Assembly: GCA_964581505.1 (NCBI GenBank)
Contig: CAZOOR010000004.1
Location: forward strand, 3,610-67,609
Source: an uncultured Hyphomicrobiales bacterium
GTDB lineage: Bacteria; Bacteroidota; Ignavibacteria; Kapaibacteriales; UBA2268
Reading direction: 5' to 3'
Length of the DNA stretch: 64,000 nt
Shown: one piece after another, positions 20,400-31,571 of the stretch
Layout: every line of letters begins with the position of its first letter
Numbering within the stretch: the stretch's first letter is position 1
Program-made: the position numbers and the translations under genes
The notes under the pieces: model-generated
What the model saw: the letters and a program-made list of their open reading frames with translations, nothing else
What the model was told of the DNA's origin: nothing
Databases searched by the model: none

Positions 20400-21164
20400 T
20401 TATACCTTTGCAAGTGCGTTATTATAAATTGCAATAAAACTGTCCGCTTTAAGTGAAGCACCCCCTATTAAAGCTCCGTTTACATTTTTCAATGAAAACA
20501 GTTCGCTTGAATTATTTTCATTTACACTGCCACCGTATTGAATAAGTATCTCGTTAGCAACATCACCGAATAGAGCAACAAGCATCTCGCGTATTTTATT
20601 ATGCGCCTCGTCCACTTGTTCGATAGAAGCGGCAACACCGGTTCCTATTGCCCAAACAGGTTCGTAGGCAATGACGATATTCTTACTTTGTTCCATATTA
20701 ATACCTGCTAATCCTTTTTCCAATTGTTCTGCAAGAATATCAAATGTTCTTCCACTTTCCCTCTGTTCGAGTGTTTCGCCAATGCATAAAATGGCAGTAA
20801 GTGAATTTGACAATACTGATTGAAGTTTTTTATTAATTATTTCATTTGTTTCGCCAAACATTGCTCGGCGTTCCGAATGCCCGATAATAACATATTCGCA
20901 ATCAACCGCCTTGAGCATATTAAGCGATATTTCCCCCGTATATGCCCCATTTTCTTCCCAATGACAATTCTGCGCCCCCAGTAGGATAGTGCTTTCTGCA
21001 ATTATATTTGAAACCGCAGAAAGATTAATAAAAGGCGGGCAAACCAATAATTTGACCTTATTATTAGTATTTTTATATTTTTCTATTATCGCATTCGTAA
21101 GATTTTCAGCATCGGAAATAGTAGTATTCATTTTCCAATTGCCGGCTATCAGAAATTTATTCAT
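20400..21164 (-). CDS. tpiA: Triosephosphate isomerase
   Basis: NWKMN, IGHSERR, AYEPVWAIGTG active-site motifs. Confidence 0.95.
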   Translation of the reverse strand: MNKFLIAGNWKMNTTISDAENLTNAIIEKYKNTNNKVKLLVCPPFINLSAVSNIIAESTILLGAQNCHWEENGAYTGEISLNMLKAVDCEYVIIGHSERRAMFGETNEIINKKLQSVLSNSLTAILCIGETLEQRESGRTFDILAEQLEKGLAGINMEQSKNIVIAYEPVWAIGTGVAASIEQVDEAHNKIREMLVALFGDVANEILIQYGGSVNENNSSELFSLKNVNGALIGGASLKADSFIAIYNNALAKV

Positions 21165-21715
21165 CGCTTTTCTCCACTCACTTTAAATATTTTATAATTA
21201 TTCAAATTTTCATCAGATTCAAATCCCCAACCTTTTAATGTTTCTGAGGCTGATGTGATTTCCACATATTCCGATGAGTATATTTTACGTGTTTTGTTAT
21301 TCCAATGCAAAACCGAAGTTTCAAGTTTTGTTCCGCTACTATCTGCAATCACAATAACATTACCCTTAGCAACCATATTTTTTGTATTGTCATCAATTAC
21401 TGCACTATCAGCTGTCAATTTACTGGTACGTTCACCTGTTTCAGTTGAAAAAAATTGCACTTCAATACCACCATCAAGCAATGTTTCATTTCTTTTTTGA
21501 TATACTCTCGTTCTACCAGCCACTAATATAGCTTTTGTTGTTGATGAATCCACAAATCTAACCGTAACATTCCAACCTGTTTGGTCGGGCGTAAGTCCTT
21601 CAACAATTGTATCTTTATAGATATGCTTGTTTCCACCAGGTTTATCACAGGATTGTATTAATACTGTAATAAGCAAGATAATAAATATATAATTATAAAT
21701 TTTCATATAATTCAA
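21161..21715 (-). CDS. LptC-like/OstA-like periplasmic lipoprotein
   Basis: 184 aa, lipoprotein signal (IQSCD); beta-rich with AKGNVIV segment; between kdsA and tpiA; tentative. Confidence 0.4.
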   Translation of the reverse strand: MNYMKIYNYIFIILLITVLIQSCDKPGGNKHIYKDTIVEGLTPDQTGWNVTVRFVDSSTTKAILVAGRTRVYQKRNETLLDGGIEVQFFSTETGERTSKLTADSAVIDDNTKNMVAKGNVIVIADSSGTKLETSVLHWNNKTRKIYSSEYVEITSASETLKGWGFESDENLNNYKIFKVSGEKR

Positions 21716-22472
21716 TCAGCATATTGGCAAATTCAGAAGCAGAAGATAATGGCAATTGGGAAGCGGCATCACTTTTCGCATTAGTCGGCTCTTGATGTGT
21801 CTCGAAAAATATACCATCAGCACCGGCGGCAATAGCCGCTTTTGCCAACGGAAAAATAAATTCCGGCTTACCACCGGACTGTTCGCCAATTGAGGGTTGC
21901 TGTACCGAGTGAGTAGCATCATATATCACAGTCTCACCCGCCTGCTTCATTGTTACTATTGAACGAAAATCAACAACAAGGTCGTGATAACCGAAGAAAC
22001 TACCTCTCTCAGTAAGCCATACATTATCTGCACCGGCAACTTTTGCTTTATCAGCGGCTTTGAGCATAGTCTCAGCACCAACGAACTGTCCTTTTTTAAT
22101 ATTAATAATTTTTCCTGTTTTAGCCGCCGCTTGAATTAATGAGGTCTGGCGACAAAGAAAAGCAGGAATTTGCAAAACATCAACAAATTTTGACGCAAGC
22201 ATTACTTCATCTTCGCTATGAACATCTGTCAATGTTTTAACATTAAACTTATCACCAACTTCTTTAATATATGATAAAGCTTTTTCATCACCGATACCTG
22301 TAAATGATTTATAACTTGTTCTATTAGCTTTCTTGTATGACGCCTTAAAATAAAACTCAACGTTTTTACCCCGAAGGTTTGATGTTAATACTTCGGCTAT
22401 CTCAAAAAGCATTTCGCGAGATTCGACCACACAAGGACCGGCTATTACAATTAAAGGTTTTTTCATATTCAC
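21693..22472 (-). CDS. kdsA: 2-dehydro-3-deoxyphosphooctonate aldolase (KDO-8-phosphate synthase)
   Basis: 259 aa; FKASYKKANRTS, QIPAFLCRQT, DATHSVQ motifs shared with E. coli KdsA. Confidence 0.9.
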   Translation of the reverse strand: MNMKKPLIVIAGPCVVESREMLFEIAEVLTSNLRGKNVEFYFKASYKKANRTSYKSFTGIGDEKALSYIKEVGDKFNVKTLTDVHSEDEVMLASKFVDVLQIPAFLCRQTSLIQAAAKTGKIINIKKGQFVGAETMLKAADKAKVAGADNVWLTERGSFFGYHDLVVDFRSIVTMKQAGETVIYDATHSVQQPSIGEQSGGKPEFIFPLAKAAIAAGADGIFFETHQEPTNAKSDAASQLPLSSASEFANMLIELYENL

Positions 22473-22602
22473 CCTTGATAAAAAAAAGTAAACGAAAATA
22501 AAACAAAATTATCTTATTATGCCTCATCAGTTCAAACAAATAATAAAAATATTATTAAAAGTCCAAAAAAAAGATTAATTTTGAAAGAAAATCGTATAAT
22601 CT

Positions 22603-23403
22603 GTGAACTTGGATATTAATTTGAAAAACAGCATAATGAAAATTAGAACATATTTTATAACGGAATCATACAAAGAAGAGGAATCAACAGAAGATTCTAT
22701 CTTCATTTATATTGACGTCCTGCGTGCATCAACAACAGTTTGCGCCGCTCTATATGCAGGTGCAAAAGAAATTATTCCGGTCGCTACAATGGACAAGGCT
22801 ATTGCCATTCATCAAAACTTGAGCAAGGAAACGAGTATCCTTGCTGGTGAACGTAACGGGAACAAACCACTTGGTTTCGTACTTGGCAACTCTCCCGGAG
22901 AATTTTTAGCACAGAGTGTCAAAGATAAAACGATTGTTCTTACAACAACAAACGGAACTAATGCTTTCCAAAAAGCAAAGAGTGCAAAGCACAGAATTAT
23001 TGCTTCATTTGTAAATTTGAATATCGTTGTTTCAAATATCCTGAAAATTGCCGAAGAAGAGAACAGCAAATACTGTAATATAATTTGCTCCGGTAATAAT
23101 TCCCGATTTTCTTTTGAAGATTCGCTCTGTGCAGGTGCAATCATTGATAAAGTTGCAAATGCAATTGACAGCGTAAATTTTGATGATGCCTCTTTGGTTT
23201 CACGTGAAATGTATAATACATACAAAGAACATCTTAGCCACTTTATTAAAACTTGTGAACATGCCAAAGTACTGATTGATTTGGGCTTTGAAAAAGATAT
23301 TGATGATGCAGTATCAATTGATAAATATCCGGTTCTACCTACAATATCCGGTAACAGTATTAAACTATCTGCTGTAAATCTGCTCGAAGGGAATAACAAA
23401 TGA
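22603..23403 (+). CDS. 2-phosphosulfolactate phosphatase (ComB) family protein
   Basis: IDVLRASTT, GERNG and GNSPGE motifs characteristic of ComB family. Confidence 0.65.
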   Translation: MNLDINLKNSIMKIRTYFITESYKEEESTEDSIFIYIDVLRASTTVCAALYAGAKEIIPVATMDKAIAIHQNLSKETSILAGERNGNKPLGFVLGNSPGEFLAQSVKDKTIVLTTTNGTNAFQKAKSAKHRIIASFVNLNIVVSNILKIAEEENSKYCNIICSGNNSRFSFEDSLCAGAIIDKVANAIDSVNFDDASLVSREMYNTYKEHLSHFIKTCEHAKVLIDLGFEKDIDDAVSIDKYPVLPTISGNSIKLSAVNLLEGNNK

Positions 23404-26120
23404 GTAAAAATAATGACAATATAATTATTAAACGGGTTAAAAAGAAACCGGCAAGCCCCAAAAAGGAACAGAAGAATAAACAGGATAAAAAAGTTAAGTT
23501 CGAAACACAGTATAAACGCCATTTGAAAATACTTGCAGTGCTATTAATTCTGATTTCTTTTCTAATTATTTTAGCCCTTATCTCGTATTCCACAAAGGAC
23601 GAAGCAAATACACAAATTACATTTGGCGAACTATTTAAACTACTTCGAGGCGAAGAGGAAATACTGGCAAAAATTCAGACTACACACAATTGGTTAGGTC
23701 TTGTCGGTGCAATTATTTCCAATTTTCTATATAATTCAACAATCGGAATAACGGTCTTATCTATTCCTTTTCTTGTAATGTATTGGGCAAAGTATCTATT
23801 TTTTACACAAAAACCGGATAGGCGTATTATTAAAGTTACTGTCGCAACGATTACATTTGCCTTGTTGTTTTCAGTATTCTTTGGTGTATTGGCTAAAATC
23901 TCTTGGCTTTCGACAATTCCAAAAGAATTTCCGGGTGGTTTCGGTTTTTTCATATCAAGTATATTGTCAGGTATTTTCGGTATTATTGGGAGTGTAGCAA
24001 TATTAATAATAATGCTTTCTTCATTATTCTTCTTAGCCTTTAAAATCAATCCTTTTATGGGAATTGATACGGCAAAAGAATATTTATCAAAATCAAAATC
24101 TATGCTTTTAAACAAATCATTATCAAAAGATAATACCAGTGAAAACAAGAAAAATGAAACCGAACCGGAAGTTAGGGATAAGGGACAACAAGAGGAAGAA
24201 GAAGAACCTGCACGAATATTAAAACGAAATCTTGAAAATCAAGACAAAGAACTCGACCCTGTGAACAATCCGCTTAAAGCATATTCGCAGACAATCAAGG
24301 CTCAAATCGAAGAAGAAGAAACAAATATCAAGTCGGCGGATATTGAAATTAAGGCATTTAAACGAACAGAAGCGGCAATTAACGGTCATAGTTCAACATC
24401 TGAAAAAGATATTTCCGACAAATCAGTTAATGAGGAATCTCCCAAAAATGAGATTTCTGAACCAGAAAATACCGACAAGGAATTAGAAAATAGTAACGAC
24501 TTCACTGCAAATGATGAAATAGCGGAAGAAGAGAGTAATAATGATGATAGTAAAAAACTCGTAATTACAGTTACCGAAACATTGCCGGAAGAAGATGTGG
24601 TATTACAACCTGTTAATTTATTAAGCACGAATATTCACGATAGAGAAATTAATTATAAGCAACCTACATTTGAACTCCTAACTGACGATGAAGACAAGTA
24701 TGAAATTAACGAAGATGAGCTAAAATTAAATGCCCGCATTCTTCAAGAAAAACTAGAAACATTTAAAATTGAAATAGAGAATTTAAGCGTAACACCGGGT
24801 CCGGTTGTTACTCAATACGAATTTGTACCTGCTCCGGGAATAAAAATCAGTAAAATAGAATCTCTTGCAGATGATATTGCAATGGCTCTTAAAGCACGAG
24901 GCATTAGAATAATAGCCCCGATACCCGGCAAAGGCACAGTTGGAATTGAAATACCAAACCAGAAACCAATGTTAGTTCGCTTTGGTAGTTGTATCAAATC
25001 ACCCCAATATCAAAACAGCGATTATAAATTACCACTCTGCATAGGCAAAACAATTTCAGGCGAAGTATTTACTACGGATTTATCCAAAATGCCTCATCTA
25101 TTGATGGCTGGCGCAACAGGTACAGGTAAAAGTGTCGGTATAAACACTATCATATCATCATTGATATACAAGATACACCCAAAACATTTGAAATTTGTTA
25201 TTATTGACCCCAAAAAGGTAGAACTGACACAATATGCGGCATTGAAAAATCATTTTCTTGCGGTGTCGCCCGATATTCCTAATGACATTGTTACAGACCC
25301 GCAAGATGCCGTCATTATCTTAAAAGCACTTACCGCCGAAATGGATTTAAGATATGATATTCTATCGCAAGCGGGACAGAGAAATATTTTTGATTATAAT
25401 AAAAAAGTAAGAGAAGGTAAGTTAAAAAATGATAAAGAACTTGTACATAAGGAAATGCCCTATATTATAGTAATTATTGATGAACTTGCAGACTTAATGC
25501 TAACCGCCTCTAAGGAGGTCGAAGCACCCATTATCCGTCTCGCCCAATTAGCACGTGCAGTAGGTATTCATTTGGTACTTGCAACACAGCGTCCGTCAGT
25601 TGATGTTATCACGGGAATAATAAAAGCAAACTTTCCTGCACGGATTTCATATCTTGTTGCATCAAAAATTGACTCAAGGACTATATTAGACGTTATGGGT
25701 GCAGAAAAACTACTTGGCAACGGAGATTTACTTTTCCAATTCGGTGGCAGCACCTCACCAATCAGAATACAAAATGCTTTTCTTTCCACTGACGAAGTAG
25801 AAAGAATATGCGAACACATAGGTAGTCAAAAAGGTTACTCTCAGCCATATTTATTGCCAAGCCTAAATGACGGTAATGATAATTCAGATGGCATTGCACG
25901 CGAGGATAGAGATGTACTATTTGACGAAGCGGCAAGAACAATAGTTAGGCTACAACAGGCTTCCGTGTCGCTTTTGCAGCGAAGGCTTAAAATCGGTTAT
26001 GCCAGAGCCGGACGTATTGTTGATGAACTGGAAGCAACCGGTATTGTCGGACCTTTTGACGGGAGCAAAGCTCGCTCTGTACTAATAGAAAGTGAATCCG
26101 AACTCGAACATTTACTATAA
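23400..26120 (+). CDS. ftsK: DNA translocase FtsK/SpoIIIE
   Basis: 906 aa; N-terminal TM segments, long acidic linker, Walker A GATGTGKS, LVLATQRPSVDVITG, C-terminal gamma wHTH. Confidence 0.9.
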   Translation: MSKNNDNIIIKRVKKKPASPKKEQKNKQDKKVKFETQYKRHLKILAVLLILISFLIILALISYSTKDEANTQITFGELFKLLRGEEEILAKIQTTHNWLGLVGAIISNFLYNSTIGITVLSIPFLVMYWAKYLFFTQKPDRRIIKVTVATITFALLFSVFFGVLAKISWLSTIPKEFPGGFGFFISSILSGIFGIIGSVAILIIMLSSLFFLAFKINPFMGIDTAKEYLSKSKSMLLNKSLSKDNTSENKKNETEPEVRDKGQQEEEEEPARILKRNLENQDKELDPVNNPLKAYSQTIKAQIEEEETNIKSADIEIKAFKRTEAAINGHSSTSEKDISDKSVNEESPKNEISEPENTDKELENSNDFTANDEIAEEESNNDDSKKLVITVTETLPEEDVVLQPVNLLSTNIHDREINYKQPTFELLTDDEDKYEINEDELKLNARILQEKLETFKIEIENLSVTPGPVVTQYEFVPAPGIKISKIESLADDIAMALKARGIRIIAPIPGKGTVGIEIPNQKPMLVRFGSCIKSPQYQNSDYKLPLCIGKTISGEVFTTDLSKMPHLLMAGATGTGKSVGINTIISSLIYKIHPKHLKFVIIDPKKVELTQYAALKNHFLAVSPDIPNDIVTDPQDAVIILKALTAEMDLRYDILSQAGQRNIFDYNKKVREGKLKNDKELVHKEMPYIIVIIDELADLMLTASKEVEAPIIRLAQLARAVGIHLVLATQRPSVDVITGIIKANFPARISYLVASKIDSRTILDVMGAEKLLGNGDLLFQFGGSTSPIRIQNAFLSTDEVERICEHIGSQKGYSQPYLLPSLNDGNDNSDGIAREDRDVLFDEAARTIVRLQQASVSLLQRRLKIGYARAGRIVDELEATGIVGPFDGSKARSVLIESESELEHLL

Positions 26121-26205
26121 GTATATTTATTTATCGTAATATTGCATACAGTTTTTTATATTTGTATTTTAATGATAGACGTATTATCAATCAAAACTCG
26201 ACTCA

Positions 26206-27933
26206 TTGATGCTCAAAACTTTGTCAATACGGAATTACACATTAATTGATGAAATTGAAATATCATTTTCACCTGAATTCAATATATTTATTGGCGAAAC
26301 AGGTGCGGGTAAATCCGTTATTGTTGGAGCATTGATGTTAGCACTCGGTAGTCGCGCCACAACCGAACACATAAGGAAGGGGCAAGACAAAGCGGTCATT
26401 GAGGCAATATTTGAATTGCCGGCGCAACATAAGGCTCTGCAAATGGTTTCCGAATTGGGTGTAGAAGATATGACTAATGAAATTATTACTCGTAGGGAAA
26501 TATACTCTCGGGGTAATTCAAGGTGTTTCGTTAATGATACGCCCGTACCACTTGCTCAGTTAAAAAGGCTCGGTCAATTACTTGCAGATTTCCACGGACA
26601 GCACGACGGCCAATTAATACTAAAACCTGAAAATCATATTAACTTTATTGATTTATTCACTAATGAAGACGAACTACTTGCACAGATAAAGAATGAATAT
26701 ACTAATCAAACAAATTTACTTGATGAATATATCTCAATTCTAAACCAAGAGAAAGAGCTAAAGCTTCAATCTGATGCTTATAAATATGAACTGAATGAAA
26801 TTAATAAAATTGCTCCGCAACATAACGAAGATATTCAACTTGAAAATGAATTGAAAATCCTCGAAAATTCAGAAATACTTTTTGAACAAGTAAATGATAT
26901 GTTGCAATCACTCTATACGAGTGGAAATTCCGTTTACAACGGAATTGCTGATGCTGAAAAAAACATCTCAAAACTTGCAGATATTGATGATGAATTCTCG
27001 TCTTGGTTTGGCGAATTACAGTCTGCCGCTGTTAGCATTAAAGAAATTTCTGAATTTGCGCAGAACTATCGTGAACATATTGATTTCAATCAGGAACGTA
27101 TTGAAGAAATTCGTTTGCGACTATCTTCGCTTGCCGGTTTAAAAAAGAAATACGGTAGCTATGCCGAAATTTTTAGCAGAATGGAATTTCTCGAAAGCAA
27201 ACTGGCTCTTGTAAATAATTTCGATAACGAAATATCAAGGATAGAGAATAAAATCAAGCTTTCAAAAGATAGATTGGGTACTTTTGCCTCCCGCCTATCA
27301 AGAATAAGAAAAAGTAAATCTAAGGAATTCGAGCGATTAATTGTAAAAAAATTAAATGAATTAAGCTTAGACAATGTTGTTTTCAAAGTTGATTTTAATA
27401 GTAGTATAGCAGAAACTTCAATAGCATTCCAAACAGTAACGGCAATGATAGATAGCGAAAACTATATTTGCAGTAAAAACGGTATTGACAGTATTGAGTT
27501 CTATATATCAACTAATAAAGGTGAACAAATAAAGCCATTGGCAAATGTAGCTTCAGGTGGTGAACTATCTCGTATAATGCTTGCGATTAAAGCACTCATT
27601 GCCAATCGTTATCTTATTCCCACATTGATTTTCGATGAAATTGATACAGGAATAAGTGGAAGAGTTGCACAAATGGTTGGTCTTGCTATTAAGGAATTGG
27701 CAGCCAGCCATCAAATTATTGCAATTACACATTTGGCACAAATAGCGGCTATGGGCGACAAGATTATTACTGTCAATAAATATGAAACTAAAACAAAAAC
27801 TACAGTAACCGTAAGAGAGGAAAGCAACGAAACAAAAAATATTGAAATTGCAAAGTTGATAAGCGGAGAAAATATTTCTCAATCATCGCTTGATGCTGTC
27901 AAAGAACTTCTTGATTATCAGCGAAAGGATTAA
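26206..27933 (+). CDS. recN: DNA repair protein RecN
   Basis: 575 aa SMC-like; N-terminal Walker A GETGAGKSVIV, long coiled coil, C-terminal signature/Walker B (LIFDEIDTGISG). Confidence 0.9.
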   Translation: MMLKTLSIRNYTLIDEIEISFSPEFNIFIGETGAGKSVIVGALMLALGSRATTEHIRKGQDKAVIEAIFELPAQHKALQMVSELGVEDMTNEIITRREIYSRGNSRCFVNDTPVPLAQLKRLGQLLADFHGQHDGQLILKPENHINFIDLFTNEDELLAQIKNEYTNQTNLLDEYISILNQEKELKLQSDAYKYELNEINKIAPQHNEDIQLENELKILENSEILFEQVNDMLQSLYTSGNSVYNGIADAEKNISKLADIDDEFSSWFGELQSAAVSIKEISEFAQNYREHIDFNQERIEEIRLRLSSLAGLKKKYGSYAEIFSRMEFLESKLALVNNFDNEISRIENKIKLSKDRLGTFASRLSRIRKSKSKEFERLIVKKLNELSLDNVVFKVDFNSSIAETSIAFQTVTAMIDSENYICSKNGIDSIEFYISTNKGEQIKPLANVASGGELSRIMLAIKALIANRYLIPTLIFDEIDTGISGRVAQMVGLAIKELAASHQIIAITHLAQIAAMGDKIITVNKYETKTKTTVTVREESNETKNIEIAKLISGENISQSSLDAVKELLDYQRKD

Positions 27934-27935
27934 AT

Positions 27936-28520
27936 ATGTCAAAAAACGACTATTTAAGTAAAGCCGAACTGGAAGAAATACTTAATGATAAGATTAATCC
28001 CGAAGATGTAAGCAAAATCATTGGTGCCTATGAAATGGCTGAAGATGCTGAATCTAACGCAACCGACCCTACCGGAACGCCAAAATTTTATCACAATACT
28101 CGTGTATGCAGAATACTTATTGACGAGCTTTCAATCACAGAGCCTAATCTATTAATTGCGGCTTTGCTCCATAATATTTTATTAAGTTCTTCCGAGATTT
28201 CAAGTTCTATTATTGATTACAATTTTGGCTCTTATGTTGCATATTTAGTTCAATTTATGTGTGATGATTATAGAGAAAGACAAAAAGATAAACCCGAAAA
28301 AATAAATATTGATTATTTAGATGATGATGCACTAATCATTATTTTAAGCGACTTTCTTGATATGCTTCGCACATTTGATTTCGATAAATTATTAAATCCA
28401 TTCACATATATCGAAGATATTAAAAAACGCTATTTCCCGCTTGCCACAAAATCTGACAATGATGAAATAGCGTATTTAATTAAAGAAATAAGAAACGAAT
28501 TTAATAAGATTCTAGGTTAG
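27936..28520 (+). CDS. Small HD-domain-like protein with degenerate HD motif (H-N)
   Basis: KFYHNTRVCRILIDEL...LIAALLHNILL resembles the RelA/SpoT-type HD hydrolase helix pair but with HN in place of HD. Confidence 0.35.
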   Translation: MSKNDYLSKAELEEILNDKINPEDVSKIIGAYEMAEDAESNATDPTGTPKFYHNTRVCRILIDELSITEPNLLIAALLHNILLSSSEISSSIIDYNFGSYVAYLVQFMCDDYRERQKDKPEKINIDYLDDDALIIILSDFLDMLRTFDFDKLLNPFTYIEDIKKRYFPLATKSDNDEIAYLIKEIRNEFNKILG

Positions 28521-28528
28521 TTTTCCTA

Positions 28529-29767
28529 TTATCCATTTAGCTTTTGCTTTATCTTTTCTTCTTTTTTAACAATTAGATTACCTCGATAAATTCCCTGCAA
28601 AAGTATATAAAGTACAGCACCTACAAAAGAAAGAAAAAATGCTAAAAAGAACATAACTTTTCGTTTGGGAGCAATCCTATGTTTAGGTACTTGTGCCAAA
28701 TCAAGCGGTTCGACAGTCGGCACATCGCTTGCTTCCTGAATAGCCTCCTGATATTTTTGTGTGGCTAAATATAAATGAACCTGTTCAAGAATTTTCTTTT
28801 TTCTTATTAATCCTTGATATAACCTAATTAATCTCGGAACAGAATCAAGTGGAATCGAAAATTTATCATGCGAGGCTATACCACCGCTCTGAACCCGCTG
28901 ATACTGCTCTAACAGTTTGTTGTACTTATTTTTTGCACTGGCAATAATAGGAGCATCAGCATTATAATCCAATTTTAATAGATTTAATTCAACTTCTGCT
29001 TGGGCTAATTTAGCACCCAAATCAACAGCATTTCCTATTAGAGCCTGGTTTTGTTCTTCAAGTGCATATAGATGATGTGTTGTCCTAAATTTCTCTAAAA
29101 CGGAATCAACATAATTTAGTTCGTTTTTCTTTCTTGCAAGCATCTTTTCTATAAACTCTCGTTTACTTCTTGCTTTCGTGGTATTCTTAGCCCGATTAAC
29201 ACTATCAAGTGCAGAAATAGATGAATTAACAATCAGAGCGGAGAGTTCGGCGGCTTCCCTTTTATCATCTGCATTCGGAAAATATGGAGTAGCAGTTTCA
29301 GCAGAAATAGTGATGAGCCCACTTCTCTTTAATTCAACCTTCAAGGTATTACTAATACCGTCATATAAATCATTTATATTTTCGGATTTGACTTTTAATT
29401 TCTTTTCAAGATTGTTTTTATTGACAATTATTTTAGATACTTCGCGACTTTTCAAAATTTCTCTAAAAATCAGTAATTTATTAGCTTGCCCGCCGCCACC
29501 TAACGATACTCCACCGGATAGAGTTTGCAAAAATGAAGTTAAATCACCCATACCACCGGCGTTCTCGGGCGGCAACACAGTAGCACCTGTTCGATATTGA
29601 AAAGGAGCAATCAAAGAATACAGCATCACAGCAATTACAATAGAAGAGACTATAAAAAGAACTGTTTTTTTCTTCTGTAACAAAAATCTGTAAAAAGAAA
29701 CAAAAGTGAGTTCTTCGTTCATAACATCTTGCTCATTTGCAGAATTTTTTAATAATTTATTGAACAT
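28529..29767 (-). CDS. Polysaccharide chain-length determinant protein (Wzz/GumC family)
   Basis: 412 aa; N-terminal and C-terminal TM helices flanking coiled-coil periplasmic region; no kinase domain. Confidence 0.6.
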   Translation of the reverse strand: MFNKLLKNSANEQDVMNEELTFVSFYRFLLQKKKTVLFIVSSIVIAVMLYSLIAPFQYRTGATVLPPENAGGMGDLTSFLQTLSGGVSLGGGGQANKLLIFREILKSREVSKIIVNKNNLEKKLKVKSENINDLYDGISNTLKVELKRSGLITISAETATPYFPNADDKREAAELSALIVNSSISALDSVNRAKNTTKARSKREFIEKMLARKKNELNYVDSVLEKFRTTHHLYALEEQNQALIGNAVDLGAKLAQAEVELNLLKLDYNADAPIIASAKNKYNKLLEQYQRVQSGGIASHDKFSIPLDSVPRLIRLYQGLIRKKKILEQVHLYLATQKYQEAIQEASDVPTVEPLDLAQVPKHRIAPKRKVMFFLAFFLSFVGAVLYILLQGIYRGNLIVKKEEKIKQKLNG

Positions 29768-29793
29768 AAATCAACCGATAATTATCTATTTAA

Positions 29794-31440
29794 TTATTTT
29801 TTAGTTAAAGCAATAATAATACCTAAAAGACCACCGATTTGAGCAACAACAGTCAAAGTAGTCATAGCAATTTGTCCCCAGCTAATATCTTTTTCCGGAG
29901 GGACAAGAATATAATCACCGGGTTCAATTTTATAGTTCATAGATTCAGCATCGAACTGCTGTCCTTTCTTCTTCACAATCATTGTGCCACTTTCATCGGA
30001 ACGATAGCCGAAACCACCCGCCGCACTAATATAATCCAAATATGAATACCCGGGTTTATAAATAACCATACCGGGATTATTCACTCTACCCTGCACATTT
30101 ACAAAAATCTTTTTATCTGGCACAATAATCGAATCCCGTGCCTTTAGCAAAATATTATCTTCCGAATTATAATCGGACATTAACTTAGGAAAACTGATAG
30201 CCATAACGCCTGGTTTTTCAATCAATTTTGCTTGGAAATATTTATATTCACTCACGGACATATCCCCGGAAGGAATCCGTCTAAGCCTTTCCATCTCAGG
30301 GTCAATAGTACCAATTTCAGATTGTCTGATTAGAAAAGTCGCTTCCAATGAACCTCTATCAGTTATACCACCTGCTTTTCTTATAATATCAGCTACACGA
30401 GTTGTTACTCCGTCAATCGGATATTTTCCGGGATAAAGCACTTCCCCATCAACCATAACTTCACCGGGCATATTTTTTTTCGGGTCTTTGCGGATATATA
30501 CTCTGTCTCCATTTTGCAAAGGGAAATCGCCGAGTAGTGGTTCATTAGTGAATATTTTTTTGCGCCAAGTATTTAGGTCAAGGAAAATAGTCTCAATTCC
30601 TCCGTCAGGTAAGAAACGGGCTAATTCTACACTATCCAGAAAAGATGTATAGAAAAAACCGTGTGCAAATTTAATCAAAGTCGAAAGCGAATCACCCTCA
30701 ACAAACTCATACTCACCGGGAAAAGGCAGTTCACCGCGTATTGCAATTGTTTGTTTTTCACTTATTTTCGGGATAATTATTCTATCACCACCTAAAACAG
30801 TTGGATTTGCATCTTCATCTCCGATTTTAAAAAATTTTACTAAATCTACATTAATCGGCTTATTCAAACCCTTACGATATATTTTGATATTTCTTAACGA
30901 ACCATCAGGTTTTAAACCACCTGCCTTTTCAATTACTTCGGATATACGGTCAACGGCAGAAGCAGGAACAATAGCAGATTTCTTGATTGCACCACTGATT
31001 GATACTTTAAATTTTCGTACATCATATAGAACTACATATATATTACTAGTTCTAAATGTTTTTCGCATTAAATTATAAATAGCCTTTTCACCTTCGGCAA
31101 GTGTCATTCCTTTTAGATTAACAATACCTACATCGGGAATCATCATTTTACCTGATGGAGAAATAGGAATATGATACTTTTTTGTTTTTGAGGAAATAAC
31201 TGCAATATCGAATATATCACCTGGTCCTAAAACATATTTTTCCGGGTCAATCTCTTTTTCCAACAAGCCTTCTGCTTCGGAAACAATCCTTTCAGATGTC
31301 TGTCGCGCTAATGTGTCTATTATTCCCGGCTTTGCACTTGAATATTCATAGTTCTCTACTTGCGAAAAAACACTCGCAAAAGAAAAGAAAAACACTAAAA
31401 ATAAGGTCTTAATAAACATTTGTTTATTTATTTTCTTCAT
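29794..31440 (-). CDS. Polysaccharide export outer-membrane protein (Wza-like, Poly_export + SLBB domains)
   Basis: 548 aa; signal peptide; YVLGPGDIFDIAV Poly_export motif; repeated soluble-ligand-binding beta-grasp segments; C-terminal TM helix. Confidence 0.75.
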   Translation of the reverse strand: MKKINKQMFIKTLFLVFFFSFASVFSQVENYEYSSAKPGIIDTLARQTSERIVSEAEGLLEKEIDPEKYVLGPGDIFDIAVISSKTKKYHIPISPSGKMMIPDVGIVNLKGMTLAEGEKAIYNLMRKTFRTSNIYVVLYDVRKFKVSISGAIKKSAIVPASAVDRISEVIEKAGGLKPDGSLRNIKIYRKGLNKPINVDLVKFFKIGDEDANPTVLGGDRIIIPKISEKQTIAIRGELPFPGEYEFVEGDSLSTLIKFAHGFFYTSFLDSVELARFLPDGGIETIFLDLNTWRKKIFTNEPLLGDFPLQNGDRVYIRKDPKKNMPGEVMVDGEVLYPGKYPIDGVTTRVADIIRKAGGITDRGSLEATFLIRQSEIGTIDPEMERLRRIPSGDMSVSEYKYFQAKLIEKPGVMAISFPKLMSDYNSEDNILLKARDSIIVPDKKIFVNVQGRVNNPGMVIYKPGYSYLDYISAAGGFGYRSDESGTMIVKKKGQQFDAESMNYKIEPGDYILVPPEKDISWGQIAMTTLTVVAQIGGLLGIIIALTKK

Positions 31441-31571
31441 TTTATTCTAATATTTAATTCACATTTACATACAAATATATGTAAAAATTTATAAAAATAC
31501 TTAATTATTCACTGGGCTTCTAAATTTTGTTTATTAAATTTGTAGATTATCTAATTTATAAAAAATAGTTT

